Shown here one piece after another: positions 19,282 through 29,170 of a DNA stretch of 64,000 bases (positions are counted from its first letter, which is position 1; every line of letters begins with the position of its first letter). The position numbers and the translations under genes are program-made. The notes under the pieces are model-generated. The model did no database searches. It was not told where the DNA came from and saw only the letters and a program-made list of their open reading frames with translations. Source of the stretch: Candidatus Bathyarchaeota archaeon (lineage in GTDB: Archaea > Thermoproteota > Bathyarchaeia > Bathyarchaeales > Bathycorpusculaceae); assembly GCA_963777155.1 (NCBI GenBank), contig CAVZPM010000035.1, forward strand, positions 1-64,000. Reading direction: 5' to 3'.

Positions 19282-19841
19282 GGTTTTGGCCACAGAAGAA
19301 ATGGAAGAAGATTTTGTTGACATCCCTGCTGGTCGTTTTAGTGGTTTTGCTGGGCGTCGGAGGCTACCTTGAATACAGCGTCTACCGGGAGGTTTCCACC
19401 CAAACTGTTGTGTTAAACGCAGATGGCGCCAAAACTGCGTTAGTAATCTATCATCCAGGCTTAACGGATTTTGCCCGCAATATCACATATGCCTTTGCTG
19501 ATGGCTTAGTATCCAGCGGTTGGCGTGTAGAAATCGCCACAGCCAGCCCACAAGCTCCAACCAGCCTATCAAACTACACATTATTGGTGCTCGGCTGGCC
19601 CATATACGACTTTAACCCTGGACCAACAATAACCAACCAAATCCACCGAATGGGAAACCTTAACGGCACAAACACCGTGGTAATGGTTATCGCTGGAGGC
19701 ATGGATCCATTCAATGCGCAGGCAAACATGAAAAAGATTGTGGAGAATGCCAACGGAACAGTGTTAAAGACACTGCAGGCTTTCCGAGGCGAAGATGCCT
19801 GGCAAACGATGCAGAATGAAGCAAGCAAAATAGCTCCTTAG
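19278..19841 (+). CDS. Membrane-anchored flavodoxin-like protein
   Basis: N-terminal TM; ALVIYHPG, YTLLVLGWPIY. Confidence 0.65.
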   Translation: MRFWPQKKWKKILLTSLLVVLVVLLGVGGYLEYSVYREVSTQTVVLNADGAKTALVIYHPGLTDFARNITYAFADGLVSSGWRVEIATASPQAPTSLSNYTLLVLGWPIYDFNPGPTITNQIHRMGNLNGTNTVVMVIAGGMDPFNAQANMKKIVENANGTVLKTLQAFRGEDAWQTMQNEASKIAP

Positions 19842-19850
19842 TGTGCAACT

Positions 19851-20360
19851 ATGAAGAAACTCTGCACAATCCCCTCTTTCATCAGTTCGCTACGTGTGTT
19901 AGCTCTACCCCTCTTCCTTTACCTTAACAACCAGGCAAACATACTTGCATGTTTAGTTTTGCTTGCGTTTTGTATGGTATCAGATTTTCTTGACGGTTAC
20001 CTTGCCCGAAAAATAAACACAACCTCTCGCTTTGGCGCCTACTACGACGCTACAACCGACTTCATTCTCACGGGAGGCATTTTTGCCATCTTCTATGCCC
20101 AGGGTTACTATCCCTTGTGGCTTCCGTTGCTCATCGCCGTTTCGTTTGCCCAATTCTTGGTAACAGGCTTTTGCACTAAGAAAATGTACGACCCAGTCGG
20201 GAGATACCTTGGAAGTGCCCTCTACATTGGCATAGTCTTAACATTAGTCTGGCCCATCCAAACGGTTTTTGCTTTTGTGCAATACGCATTTTTAACTTTC
20301 TTCATAGTTTCAATCGCAAGCCGCACAGTAAGCTTAACCCGAAAACAAAAATCGTCTTAA
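19851..20360 (+). CDS. CDP-alcohol phosphatidyltransferase family protein
   Basis: SDFLDGYLARK..SRFGAYYDATTD signature. Confidence 0.9.
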   Translation: MKKLCTIPSFISSLRVLALPLFLYLNNQANILACLVLLAFCMVSDFLDGYLARKINTTSRFGAYYDATTDFILTGGIFAIFYAQGYYPLWLPLLIAVSFAQFLVTGFCTKKMYDPVGRYLGSALYIGIVLTLVWPIQTVFAFVQYAFLTFFIVSIASRTVSLTRKQKSS

Positions 20361-20409
20361 ACTAAATATAGTAATCATCAATTATTTCAACACATTTCAG
20401 GCGTCCTTA

Positions 20410-21427
20410 TTGCAAGAAAAAAACCCCAGCCCGACAGATTTACCAGTACAGATTCGTGTTTCCGTAGGCACCGCCATGATTCTTGGGCTCATAGAAGGCA
20501 AATTGGATGCAAAACCCACAACAGCGTACTTGATGACCTACAATCCGGGAAAGTGTACGGCAAACTGTGGCTTCTGCCCCCAAGCCCGAGAAAGTAAAAG
20601 CAGCACCGAGTTTCTCTCGCGAGTCACTTGGCCCACTTTCCAAGACACCAAAGGTCCTAACATCCATCGAAACCGCGACAAAGGAGGGCAAAATCAAACG
20701 CGTCTGTATTCAATCCCTAAACTACCCAGATGTTTTCACCCATTTGGAAGCATTTGTGAAAGAATTAAGAAAGCACTCAGCAGTTGCGGTTTCGGTTTCC
20801 TGCCAACCTGTAGACCGGAAGGATATCGTACGTTTAGTGGATGCGGGTGTTAACAGGTTGGGCATCGCTTTGGACGCTGCCTCTGAAGCTATATTCAATA
20901 AAGTCAAAGGCAAAGATGCAGGCGGTAGATATGTTTGGAGAGACCAGTTCCTCCTGCTAAATCAATCCTTGGATGTTTTGGGTGAGGGAAACGTTAGCAC
21001 TCATATAATTGTTGGGTTAGGCGAAACCGAAAAAGATGCAGTTAAGGTGATTCAGAGGTGCGTTGACATGGGTGTTTTGCCGGCGCTCTTTGCTTTTACG
21101 CCCGTTCCTGGTACTGCTTTAGAGAAGAATTCGGCGCCGAAAGTCAAAGCGTATAGACGTTTGCAACTTGCACGATATATGATTGTCAACGGCAAAACGA
21201 GATTTGGAGATATGTCATTTGATGTCGAGGACAAAATCATGGGTTATGGAATCACCAATGAGGTGTTAGATAAGGAGATAGAAGGCGGCTTGCCTTTCCA
21301 AACGTCTGGTTGTCCCGACTGCAACCGCCCCTTCTATAATGAGAAACCAAGTGGACCCATTTACAATTACCCAGCAAAACTATCTGAAAAAGAAGTTGAA
21401 AGAGTAAAAAAACAATTGTTCTCTTAA
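20410..21427 (+). CDS. Radical SAM protein, archaeal lipoyl synthase LipS2-like (frameshift near 20640)
   Basis: CTANCGFC..LSRVTWP; C-terminal TSGCPDCNRP. Confidence 0.75.
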
Positions 21428-22773
21428 GGTATTAGTTGATCAGCAGTTTGTTCCGAATCTTTTTTGGGGTTGCGTGGCAGTTTGGGTTTTTGCCTTGTTA
21501 CCTGCTCAACTAGGCGCCAGAATTCATCCATCGTGTAGCCTTTGAGAAGTTCTTTCATGAGTTTTTTAACCTGGTAATAGGTCATCTGGGCTTCGCCTTT
21601 ATCAAGACTTTCTTGTGGACCCTTGATCCGTCGGAAGAGCTCATCCATCTGTCTTGGTGAGGCTCTAATTCCAGCTTTTTCTAAGAGCTTCTGTACGAGT
21701 GTTAACCCAGTGTTTCTTCCAATAAAAATCATAGTTTCTCTACCCACTATTTCAGGTGGAAAAGGTTCGAAAACGAGGGGTTGAGAAAGCATTTCTTCTA
21801 CGTCCTCTTCTACTTCGTGGGTGAAAATATTTTCGCCGATAATTGGTTTGTGAAATTGTATGGGCAACGCGAATGCTTTTTCGGCTGATTGAGCGAGGCG
21901 GTAGATTTTTCCTAAATCAATTCCTGTGTCTATGTTGTAGAGTAGCTCAGTTGATGTAACTACTTCTTCGAAGGGTGCTATTCCTGCGCGTTCGCCAAAA
22001 CCAGCGATACACGTATGCAAGTAAGATACACCTTCCTCCATTGCTGCAAGAGTATTTGCAGAGGCTAAACCGAAGTCGTTGTGGCAGTGGATTGAGAGGG
22101 GTGCCTTCTTTCTTATAGCGTCTGGCAAACCATCGCGAATATGTGCAATTAAATAACGCATCGAAAGAGGTCTAATGAAGCCAACACTGTCGGCTACTCC
22201 TAATCTGATTGCGCCTGCGTTGGCGGCTGCTTCAAAAACCTGTAGAATATCTTCAATAGGAGTACGGGTAGCGTCCATAAGAATAAAGTTAGCATTTGTT
22301 CCATGTTTCTTAGCATAATCGATGCTTTCAACTATTCGTTGTATCGCCTGCGCCTTAGTGAGCTTCAACTTGTACTGTAGGTTTAAACCGTTAATGGGAG
22401 ATTCGATTGTTATTTCTTTAATTCCGCTTTCTAAGCAGGCATTGATGCTATTCTTCGTGGGTTCTGCTGAAGCTGTAAGCTTGGAGTAAGTGAAGGTTTC
22501 GTTAACGATGCGTTTGACGGTTCGTTTTTCTTCCTCAGAAAGCGCTGGGAAGCCAACGTTAATGATGGCGACTCCTGCTTCATCCATTAACTTTGCGAGA
22601 CGCACTTGTTCAACATAAGTTAAGTAGACTGTCGGGGCCTTGATTCCTTCGCGGAAGGTTTCGTCCCAGATGAAAACTCGGTCTGGAAGCTTAGGGGGTA
22701 AATTCTTTCGTAAGCGGTTGTAATTAGCAATCAAGCCCTGAGCTTCTAGCTTTTTGAATATGGTCTTCCTCAT
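21424..22773 (-). CDS. LeuA/CimA/homocitrate synthase family (DRE-TIM) protein with degenerate motifs
   Basis: DETFREG, ADSVG, HCHNDFGLA, GFGERAG. Confidence 0.85.
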   Translation of the reverse strand: MRKTIFKKLEAQGLIANYNRLRKNLPPKLPDRVFIWDETFREGIKAPTVYLTYVEQVRLAKLMDEAGVAIINVGFPALSEEEKRTVKRIVNETFTYSKLTASAEPTKNSINACLESGIKEITIESPINGLNLQYKLKLTKAQAIQRIVESIDYAKKHGTNANFILMDATRTPIEDILQVFEAAANAGAIRLGVADSVGFIRPLSMRYLIAHIRDGLPDAIRKKAPLSIHCHNDFGLASANTLAAMEEGVSYLHTCIAGFGERAGIAPFEEVVTSTELLYNIDTGIDLGKIYRLAQSAEKAFALPIQFHKPIIGENIFTHEVEEDVEEMLSQPLVFEPFPPEIVGRETMIFIGRNTGLTLVQKLLEKAGIRASPRQMDELFRRIKGPQESLDKGEAQMTYYQVKKLMKELLKGYTMDEFWRLVEQVTRQKPKLPRNPKKDSEQTADQLIP

Positions 22774-22966
22774 TTAGACACAATCCAACAAATGAGCTAA
22801 AGTATTATGTTTAATTTGCTAATACCTATATAAAACTGCATCTATCACGAGTCAACCCGCGTTTGAGCCTAACATGAAAAAAGTAACATTTTTTCTTACG
22901 ATATGGGTGACGGCAAAAGTCTTAAGTGCAAAAAAGACAATCTTACCTCAAGAAGGGAAACTTCGA

Positions 22967-23185
22967 ATGAGCAGCAGCTTAAAAACTACTATCGAAAAAA
23001 TAAAAGCGTTAGAGATTGAGAAAAAGAACCTTTTAACTGAAATCGACAGACTCAAAAAATTAGCTGACGCAAAAGCACTTGAATTGGAAAGTGAAGTAAG
23101 CTTGCTACGAAACGAGGTCAAATCCCTCAAGGTTCTTGTGAACAGTGCAGAACCCAACTCTACCCAGAACAAAATACAAATCTAA
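22967..23185 (+). CDS. Small coiled-coil protein
   Basis: MSSSLKTTIEKIKALEIEKKNLLTEIDRL.. heptad pattern. Confidence 0.65.
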   Translation: MSSSLKTTIEKIKALEIEKKNLLTEIDRLKKLADAKALELESEVSLLRNEVKSLKVLVNSAEPNSTQNKIQI

Positions 23186-23310
23186 AGTTTTGATCAAGAT
23201 AGAAAAGGACAAGGTAGCATTGTCATTTACTGCTTTAATACGCTGAATCAGGGTCATGCGCATAGCCGGTTGCTTTATGCTGCCGATGGCAGTGCGTTTG
23301 AGCAAGTTGT

Positions 23311-24126
23311 TTATGGAGTCGGACAGGCGTTGCAGGCAGTTCTTCTTGCATCTGGGGATGTATCAGTTTCCAGTTTCTCCAGTTCTTTGTGTAAGCGGTC
23401 GCTGTTTTCGTTGAGTTCTTGTTTACGTTTCTCGTAGTTGTCATGGAGTTTTTCTTGTTCAGCTGAAAAGGTCTGTAGTGTAATTTCTAGTTCATTTTTA
23501 GTTGTTTTAAGTTCCTGGGTTGTCTGGAAAAGTTGCTGGGTTGCCTTCTTCTTAGCGCTAAACTTGTAGAAGCTAATTTTGACTTCCTGTTGGGCAGCAA
23601 GTTGGTCTTCTACTTCCCGAATTTTCGTGCTTAGACGCTGGACTTCTGCATTTCTTTTGTTGCTTCGTTCCCTTGTCTGCTCAGCATATTCTTTGTCGGC
23701 TTCGACGATTTTGTGATTGTTATCAGCGAGAGCTTTGGCTTCTTCAGTTAGGTCGGATTCGGCAAGTCTATCTTGGGCAAGGGCACCTTCCACGTCCAAG
23801 AAAATCTGGGCGCGTTCCTTGGTGAACTGCTCATCCACCGATATAGCTGGGTTAGTTTCAAATTCGGAGGTAACCTGTCGAATGCTTACCAGCCAATCAT
23901 CAAAGTATTGACTGAAAGGTGAGAGAGCAAAAATCTGATTCCCTAATTTGCTTAGGCTGTTTAGGGTTTTCTGGGCGACTTCCTGTACGGAAGCTTGAGG
24001 AGTTTCTTCCTGCAGGTACTTCGCGCTTTGCTTCTGTTTTTTTTCTTTCGATTTTTTTTCGTGGGCACTCTTTGAGAACTGTTTCCCAGCGCCTTTGCGT
24101 GAACCAATTTGGGGTCTGAAACTCAT
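23311..24126 (-). CDS. Coiled-coil hypothetical protein (possible C-terminal frameshift)
   Basis: 271-aa ORF, basic N-terminus, long E/K/Q-rich heptads. Confidence 0.7.
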   Translation of the reverse strand: MSFRPQIGSRKGAGKQFSKSAHEKKSKEKKQKQSAKYLQEETPQASVQEVAQKTLNSLSKLGNQIFALSPFSQYFDDWLVSIRQVTSEFETNPAISVDEQFTKERAQIFLDVEGALAQDRLAESDLTEEAKALADNNHKIVEADKEYAEQTRERSNKRNAEVQRLSTKIREVEDQLAAQQEVKISFYKFSAKKKATQQLFQTTQELKTTKNELEITLQTFSAEQEKLHDNYEKRKQELNENSDRLHKELEKLETDTSPDARRTACNACPTP

Positions 24127-24301
24127 AAATAATCATTGTATACAAGAAATATTTAAACAATGACGCAATCAAAAAGGCATTATTTGCAAATCGGCAGTTG
24201 GAAAATTTTAGGATTAAATCATCAAACCTTTAATTTACAAGTTTCACGAAAGCAAGAACTCTTATTCCTCAGGGTCTAAGAGGGTTTCTTAGCGAACCAG
24301 A

Positions 24302-25280
24302 CTACTTGCGGTTTCTTCTGGAGACTTTAGGCTTATAGATTGGTTTTGTAGGTTTTTCAGAGAGGTTAGATTTGGGTTTACTTCGCCGTTTCAAAAACAA
24401 AAATGCAGCCACGACAACTAATATTATGACAATTGCAATCACAACTTCATAGACAATCGAAGAATTTAACAAGATTGTGCCTGTCTGGGATTGGTTTGGT
24501 TTCGTAGTTTGTCCGCCACCTGTGCCTATGTAAGGAGTTGTGAGAGGCGCAGCACCTTGTAAGAGCGGTCCTCGGGTCTGAACTAGCAACGAGTAACTGG
24601 CTATCTTCAATCTTGTTGGGGCGTTCGACTGGTTTAAGTCGAAAGCTGCAATCTGGAAGTTTAGCGATTCTGAGGGGTTTAGTGTTCGAGGCTCTAAGTA
24701 ATTGGTGTAACCAACTCCCACGACTGCGCCTGTTGAGTTAAAGAATGTTCCTACCACTGTGAGGTTTGTGGCAGTTTGAGTACCTACATTCTGAATGCTG
24801 CCTGTAACTAAATATGCACCGTTGTAGTCGCCAGTTGTGCCAACTGAAGCGGAACTACTTGTTATCTTTAAGTCAGGGTATTGGTAGCTAATTGTCGAGT
24901 TGGCTAAAGCAACTTTTAGGTTAATTTCGCCTACGGTGTACCAACCATTTGAGCCCTGTGGGGGTTGAAAACCTATGTCAAAAGGCGCCTTCTGCTGAGG
25001 AAGCAACTGCGCTACGTAGACACTGGTATAAGATGCAGATGATAACCCTTCCAATGTAGAAGCGGTTCCTGTTAGGATAACTTGTTCGATGACATCTGGT
25101 CCAATGTTTTGTACCTCCCCCACTACCACAAGGTTACCTAGTGAGTCGAGGTACCAGCTATGGCTTCCGATTTTGATATTTTGGGTTTCGCTGACTTGGC
25201 TTTGAGTGCTAGGAACAAAAAACAAGCCTAAACAACAGATAGTTAGAATGACATATGATGCAGATGGGGATTTTTTTCAT
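24302..25280 (-). CDS. Cell-surface protein with two FxLYD-like Ig domains and C-terminal TM (frameshift in signal peptide)
   Basis: VVGEVQNIG..LLPQQKAPF; VTGSIQNVG..VGTFFNSTG; TM plus basic tail; out-of-frame ATG at 25280. Confidence 0.75.
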
Positions 25281-25430
25281 ATGGAACAGCCTTCTGGAAT
25301 TTAAGATGAGGCTTTGAGATATATGAGGCTTTTTCATAATTTCCCCTTAAAGGCTCCAGCTCCAGTTAAGAAGATTTGGTGTCATATAGGTCAGAAATTT
25401 TTTTAGGCGATATTTTTAAATGTAGAATCG

Positions 25431-25940
25431 ATGGATATGGATTTAGATGAGTTGCCTTTGAGCGATAAATTACATCCTTATGTAGTATTTCTTCCAAAAA
25501 CAGAAAAAAAAGATAAAATCCTCAGCGCCATTTTCGGCTCCAAAGCAGGCGTCGACATTCTCCGCTATTCTCTCAGGCAGGGGATAGCAAAAAACATCTA
25601 CCAAAAGGACTTAGTTAAAACTCTTAACTACTCAAACAAAACCATCATTGAAAACCTAAAATCCCTAACATCTCTAGGGGTCTTAAACGAATCCATGGAG
25701 AAAAACGATAAAGAAGGCCGCATCATCTGGATAAAAACCTACCAACTCACCAACCTGGGTAAATGGTTCGCCCTTCTCATGGCTGAAGAAAAAGAACTCA
25801 CTGAAATTGAGAAAGCAGAGATACTGCAAAGCCTCTTCCGCACCTATGTCAAGCAAGTCAAGAGGTTGGCAGAGGAAATTGGTATTAACAAAAAGATGCT
25901 TGAGGAAACTTTCCGGGAAGAAATGAAAAGCATCCCATAA
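25431..25940 (+). CDS. Winged-helix DNA-binding protein
   Basis: YQKDLVKTLNYSNKTIIENLKSL..YQLTNLGKW. Confidence 0.75.
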   Translation: MDMDLDELPLSDKLHPYVVFLPKTEKKDKILSAIFGSKAGVDILRYSLRQGIAKNIYQKDLVKTLNYSNKTIIENLKSLTSLGVLNESMEKNDKEGRIIWIKTYQLTNLGKWFALLMAEEKELTEIEKAEILQSLFRTYVKQVKRLAEEIGINKKMLEETFREEMKSIP

Positions 25941-26023
25941 AAACCATTATTCGTTTTATCTTTAGAAAGGGAGTGCAAAAACTAAATCTGACCTAAGGTA
26001 TCTATTATTTTTGAGACCCACAA

Positions 26024-26938
26024 TTGACTGAGTATCTTGTTGGCACGGGCGGTTGGGCTTATTTTCAAGTTCCAGGCAAACCATCGCTTAAAGCATACTC
26101 CGAAGTTTTCGATTTTGTGGAGGTCAACAACACTTTCTATGAGTACCCGAACCCACGCATTGTCGAGGGTTGGAGGCGTTCAGTACGTACAAAGTTTGTT
26201 TTTTCCGTGCGTTGTCATCAGGACCTCACACATCGAATCAGACTTAGACCAGTTGATGAAGCGTTTGAGGTCTTCTACAGGGTGAAGACTTACTGTGATG
26301 TTCTGAAGGCACCGTTTTTAGTACTTGAGACTCCTGCAAGTCAGGCTTTGGATAATGAGGGTATTCTGGAGGCTAGAAACTTTCTATCTTCCATTTCGTT
26401 GGGTAAGATTCGTCTTGTTTGGGAGTACAGGGCACTCTTTACATCTAGAATCTGCAGTTTAATGCAGGATTTTGGCATAATACAAAGTGTTGACTTATCC
26501 TTGCAAAAGCCGATTCTAAGCTCTGATATGGCTTACTCGAGGCTTTTTGGGAAAGGCAAACATAACATCTACCAATTCACCGACAACGAGCTCCTCGAGA
26601 TAGAGAAAAGAGCAGAAGAAACCGAAGCAAAAACAGTAGTTCTTGCCTATCATGGATCAAGGATGAATACCGATGCTCTTAGATCCAAACAACATTTAAT
26701 GACGAGACAATTTCTGCAGGCGACTAATTCCGTTGGCGTTAATTCGGCTAATGCAGTTTTGGCTGAAGATGCCGTTTTTCCAGCTAGCAAAGCCCAGCTG
26801 ATTGCAGATCAAGGTTGGAAAGTCATCGACTTAAACACCGATAAAAGAGTACATTTAGCTGATTTGCTTGCCAAGATTCCAGAAAGAACTTATCGGAGTC
26901 TCGATGAAGTAGCTTGTGAACTGAAGGCGGTCATTTGA
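26024..26938 (+). CDS. DUF72 family protein (degenerate) with C-terminal DUF2795-like domain
   Basis: VGTGGW, FVEVNNTFY, LTH; C-terminal FPASKAQLI..LAKIPERTYRSLDEV. Confidence 0.8.
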   Translation: MTEYLVGTGGWAYFQVPGKPSLKAYSEVFDFVEVNNTFYEYPNPRIVEGWRRSVRTKFVFSVRCHQDLTHRIRLRPVDEAFEVFYRVKTYCDVLKAPFLVLETPASQALDNEGILEARNFLSSISLGKIRLVWEYRALFTSRICSLMQDFGIIQSVDLSLQKPILSSDMAYSRLFGKGKHNIYQFTDNELLEIEKRAEETEAKTVVLAYHGSRMNTDALRSKQHLMTRQFLQATNSVGVNSANAVLAEDAVFPASKAQLIADQGWKVIDLNTDKRVHLADLLAKIPERTYRSLDEVACELKAVI

Positions 26939-27762
26939 GCCAAGAGAACATCCTTCTGGGAACCTGCGGCTGGAGTTATAAGGAATGGGAAGGTAATTTT
27001 TATGAAAAAAGAAGCGTGCAAAATAAACTAAGGACATATTCAAGAATTTTCCATACCGTTGAGATAGATTCAACTTTTTATCGTAATCCATCCAAGGGTG
27101 CGGTTATGGGTTGGCTGAAGTACTCACCCTCAGATTTCGTATTTACAGCTAAGCTGCCAAAAACCATAACACATGACAACATGCTAGGGCTAAAGAAAGA
27201 AGTTAAGACGGAGTTAGAAGAGTTCTTGGACTTAATGCGTCCTCTCCAACTGGGAGGCAAACTCGCCTGTCTGCTAATCCAGCTTCCCCCAAAGTACGCT
27301 TACAACCCAAAAAACCTTGAAGCATTCTTCCAAATACTGGATCCAACATTCCGCTATGCTGTAGAGTTTAGAAACGAAACTTGGTTAATGCCTGAAACTG
27401 CCACCTTAAAGCTCTTGGAACAATACAAGGTTGCTTATACTAATGTAGACGAACCTCTCCTGCCATCTGAACTGCATCTAACGACTGATTTTAGCTATTT
27501 CCGTTGGCACGGCCAGGGTAAGAACATCTGGTTTGACTATCTCTACAGTGAAAAGGAGCTGGAGTTATGGATTCCGAAAGTGAAAGAAGCCGCCAACAAA
27601 GTCAAAAAAGTCTACGGGTACTTTAACAATCATTATCATGGGTATGCTCCAGAGAATTGTCTTCAGTTGTTGGAACGGCTAGGTTTGCTTTCTCAGGGGC
27701 AGAAGAAATTAAAGGATCAAGGAAAGGTTAGGCAGTCGCAGCTTGGAGCCTTTTTTGGCTAA
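26935..27762 (+). CDS. DUF72 (YecE) family protein
   Basis: GTCGWSY, VEIDSTFY, KLPKTITH, QLPP, VEFR, YFRWHG, YFNNH. Confidence 0.93.
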   Translation: MSQENILLGTCGWSYKEWEGNFYEKRSVQNKLRTYSRIFHTVEIDSTFYRNPSKGAVMGWLKYSPSDFVFTAKLPKTITHDNMLGLKKEVKTELEEFLDLMRPLQLGGKLACLLIQLPPKYAYNPKNLEAFFQILDPTFRYAVEFRNETWLMPETATLKLLEQYKVAYTNVDEPLLPSELHLTTDFSYFRWHGQGKNIWFDYLYSEKELELWIPKVKEAANKVKKVYGYFNNHYHGYAPENCLQLLERLGLLSQGQKKLKDQGKVRQSQLGAFFG

Positions 27763-27806
27763 GAGTGTTGCTGAAATTGTGTTTTTAAAATTTTAATAAA
27801 AGAGAG

Positions 27807-27958
27807 AGAGGAAGAAGGAGGAGAAAGGCCGTTTTGGCTGGGTTGTTTTGTGGGGTTTGGAGAGAGTTTGAGGGGGAGAAGGGAGAGCGTGCTAAAAATT
27901 AATAGGTCTCCAAACCTTTCCACATTCCCAGCCAATCGGTTTCTTTTTAGCCTCCTCT
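27807..27958 (+). other. Long imperfect hairpin between convergent genes
   Basis: TTGGCTGGG/CCCAGCCAA, TGTGG/CCACA, GGTTTGGAGA/TCTCCAAACC, AGAGGA/TCCTCT. Confidence 0.65.
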
Positions 27959-29150
27959 ACAGTGCTTTAAACGCTTCGAACCAGCGGTTGTACTGGCTCA
28001 GCATGTCCAGTGACACCGACGGCTTGCGTTCCTCCAGTATCTTTCGGAAGTCATCCATCGTTAATAGACGGGGTTTTGCTTCTTTGTCCATGGCTTTGCC
28101 TGTCTCGAAGAATTCGCCGATTAAACTCAGTTGTGCGGATTGGCATACGTCGCGTATGTCGCTGCCTGAAAACCCTTCCGCCAGCCTTGCCAGTTCATGG
28201 AGATCCACGTCGTCTTCAATTTGTAGGTTGCTTGAATACAGCTTTAGCATGTTTAGTCGTGTTGCGTGGTCTGCAAGCGGCACGAGGATACGTTTCTGGA
28301 AACGACGAATAAATGCCCAATCAAGATCCCAGGGCTTGTTCGTTGCGCCAATTACGTAAACGTGAAGTGCCTTCCCCTTATCCACGATGCCATCCATCTC
28401 TTTTAGGAACTGGTTCTTGACTCGGATTTCGCCTCCAACCTCGTTTGAGTGGTTACCCATAAGCGAGTCTAATTCGTCAACAAACACTATTGCCGGTCTG
28501 CCATCCGTCGCAGATTTGCGTGCAGACCCAAACAGTTTAGCCACGTTCTGCTCAGCTTCACCTAGCCACTTCGACATAATTGAAGCCGCATCAATGCTAT
28601 AGAAATTCGCGTCAATCTCAGTTGCAACCGCAGCTGCTAAGAGGGTTTTGCCGCATCCAGGCGGACCAAAAAGCAAGATGCCTCGTGGCCAACCTAGTGG
28701 AAATAGGTCAGGTCGCTGCACTGGGTAGACTATGGCTTCTTTTACGGCTTTTTTGGCGGTGTCTAAGCCTACGACTTCTTGCCAGTTAACTTTTGGTTTC
28801 TCAGTCATGACAAGCTCCTCATTAGGTTTTCCGTTACCACCGTTTCCGTTTCCATTTCCGTCCATAGTTGCTGCACCTCCACCTTCACCGTCATTATTAG
28901 CGGCTTGATTCATCTCGCTGGCGGAGACCGTGCCTTGAAGCGACTTAATTCGCTCCTGATACGCAATTGCCCGCTGCACGTAGACTTTGTTTAAGCCGTA
29001 CTCGGGGTACAGCTGCACAAGCTGCAGAAGACTCTCGATTGCTTTTTGGTATAGGGTGATGGCTCTTCCTTTTTGCCCCTGCTTATCCAGTCGTACAGCA
29101 TCTAGGGCGTAAGCTGTTGCTGCTCTTTCAAGTTCATTTGACGCACTCAT
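27957..29150 (-). CDS. cdvC: Vps4-like AAA+ ATPase with N-terminal MIT domain
   Basis: MIT helices; GPPGCGKT, SKWLGEAE, FVDELD, ATNKPWDLD, RRFQKR. Confidence 0.95.
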   Translation of the reverse strand: MSASNELERAATAYALDAVRLDKQGQKGRAITLYQKAIESLLQLVQLYPEYGLNKVYVQRAIAYQERIKSLQGTVSASEMNQAANNDGEGGGAATMDGNGNGNGGNGKPNEELVMTEKPKVNWQEVVGLDTAKKAVKEAIVYPVQRPDLFPLGWPRGILLFGPPGCGKTLLAAAVATEIDANFYSIDAASIMSKWLGEAEQNVAKLFGSARKSATDGRPAIVFVDELDSLMGNHSNEVGGEIRVKNQFLKEMDGIVDKGKALHVYVIGATNKPWDLDWAFIRRFQKRILVPLADHATRLNMLKLYSSNLQIEDDVDLHELARLAEGFSGSDIRDVCQSAQLSLIGEFFETGKAMDKEAKPRLLTMDDFRKILEERKPSVSLDMLSQYNRWFEAFKAL

Positions 29151-29170
29151 CTTTTTTCTCTCTCCTTCTC

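Noticed and set aside
28830-28890. GNGNGNGGNG repeat in cdvC
   Set aside because: Ordinary low-complexity linker between MIT and AAA domains
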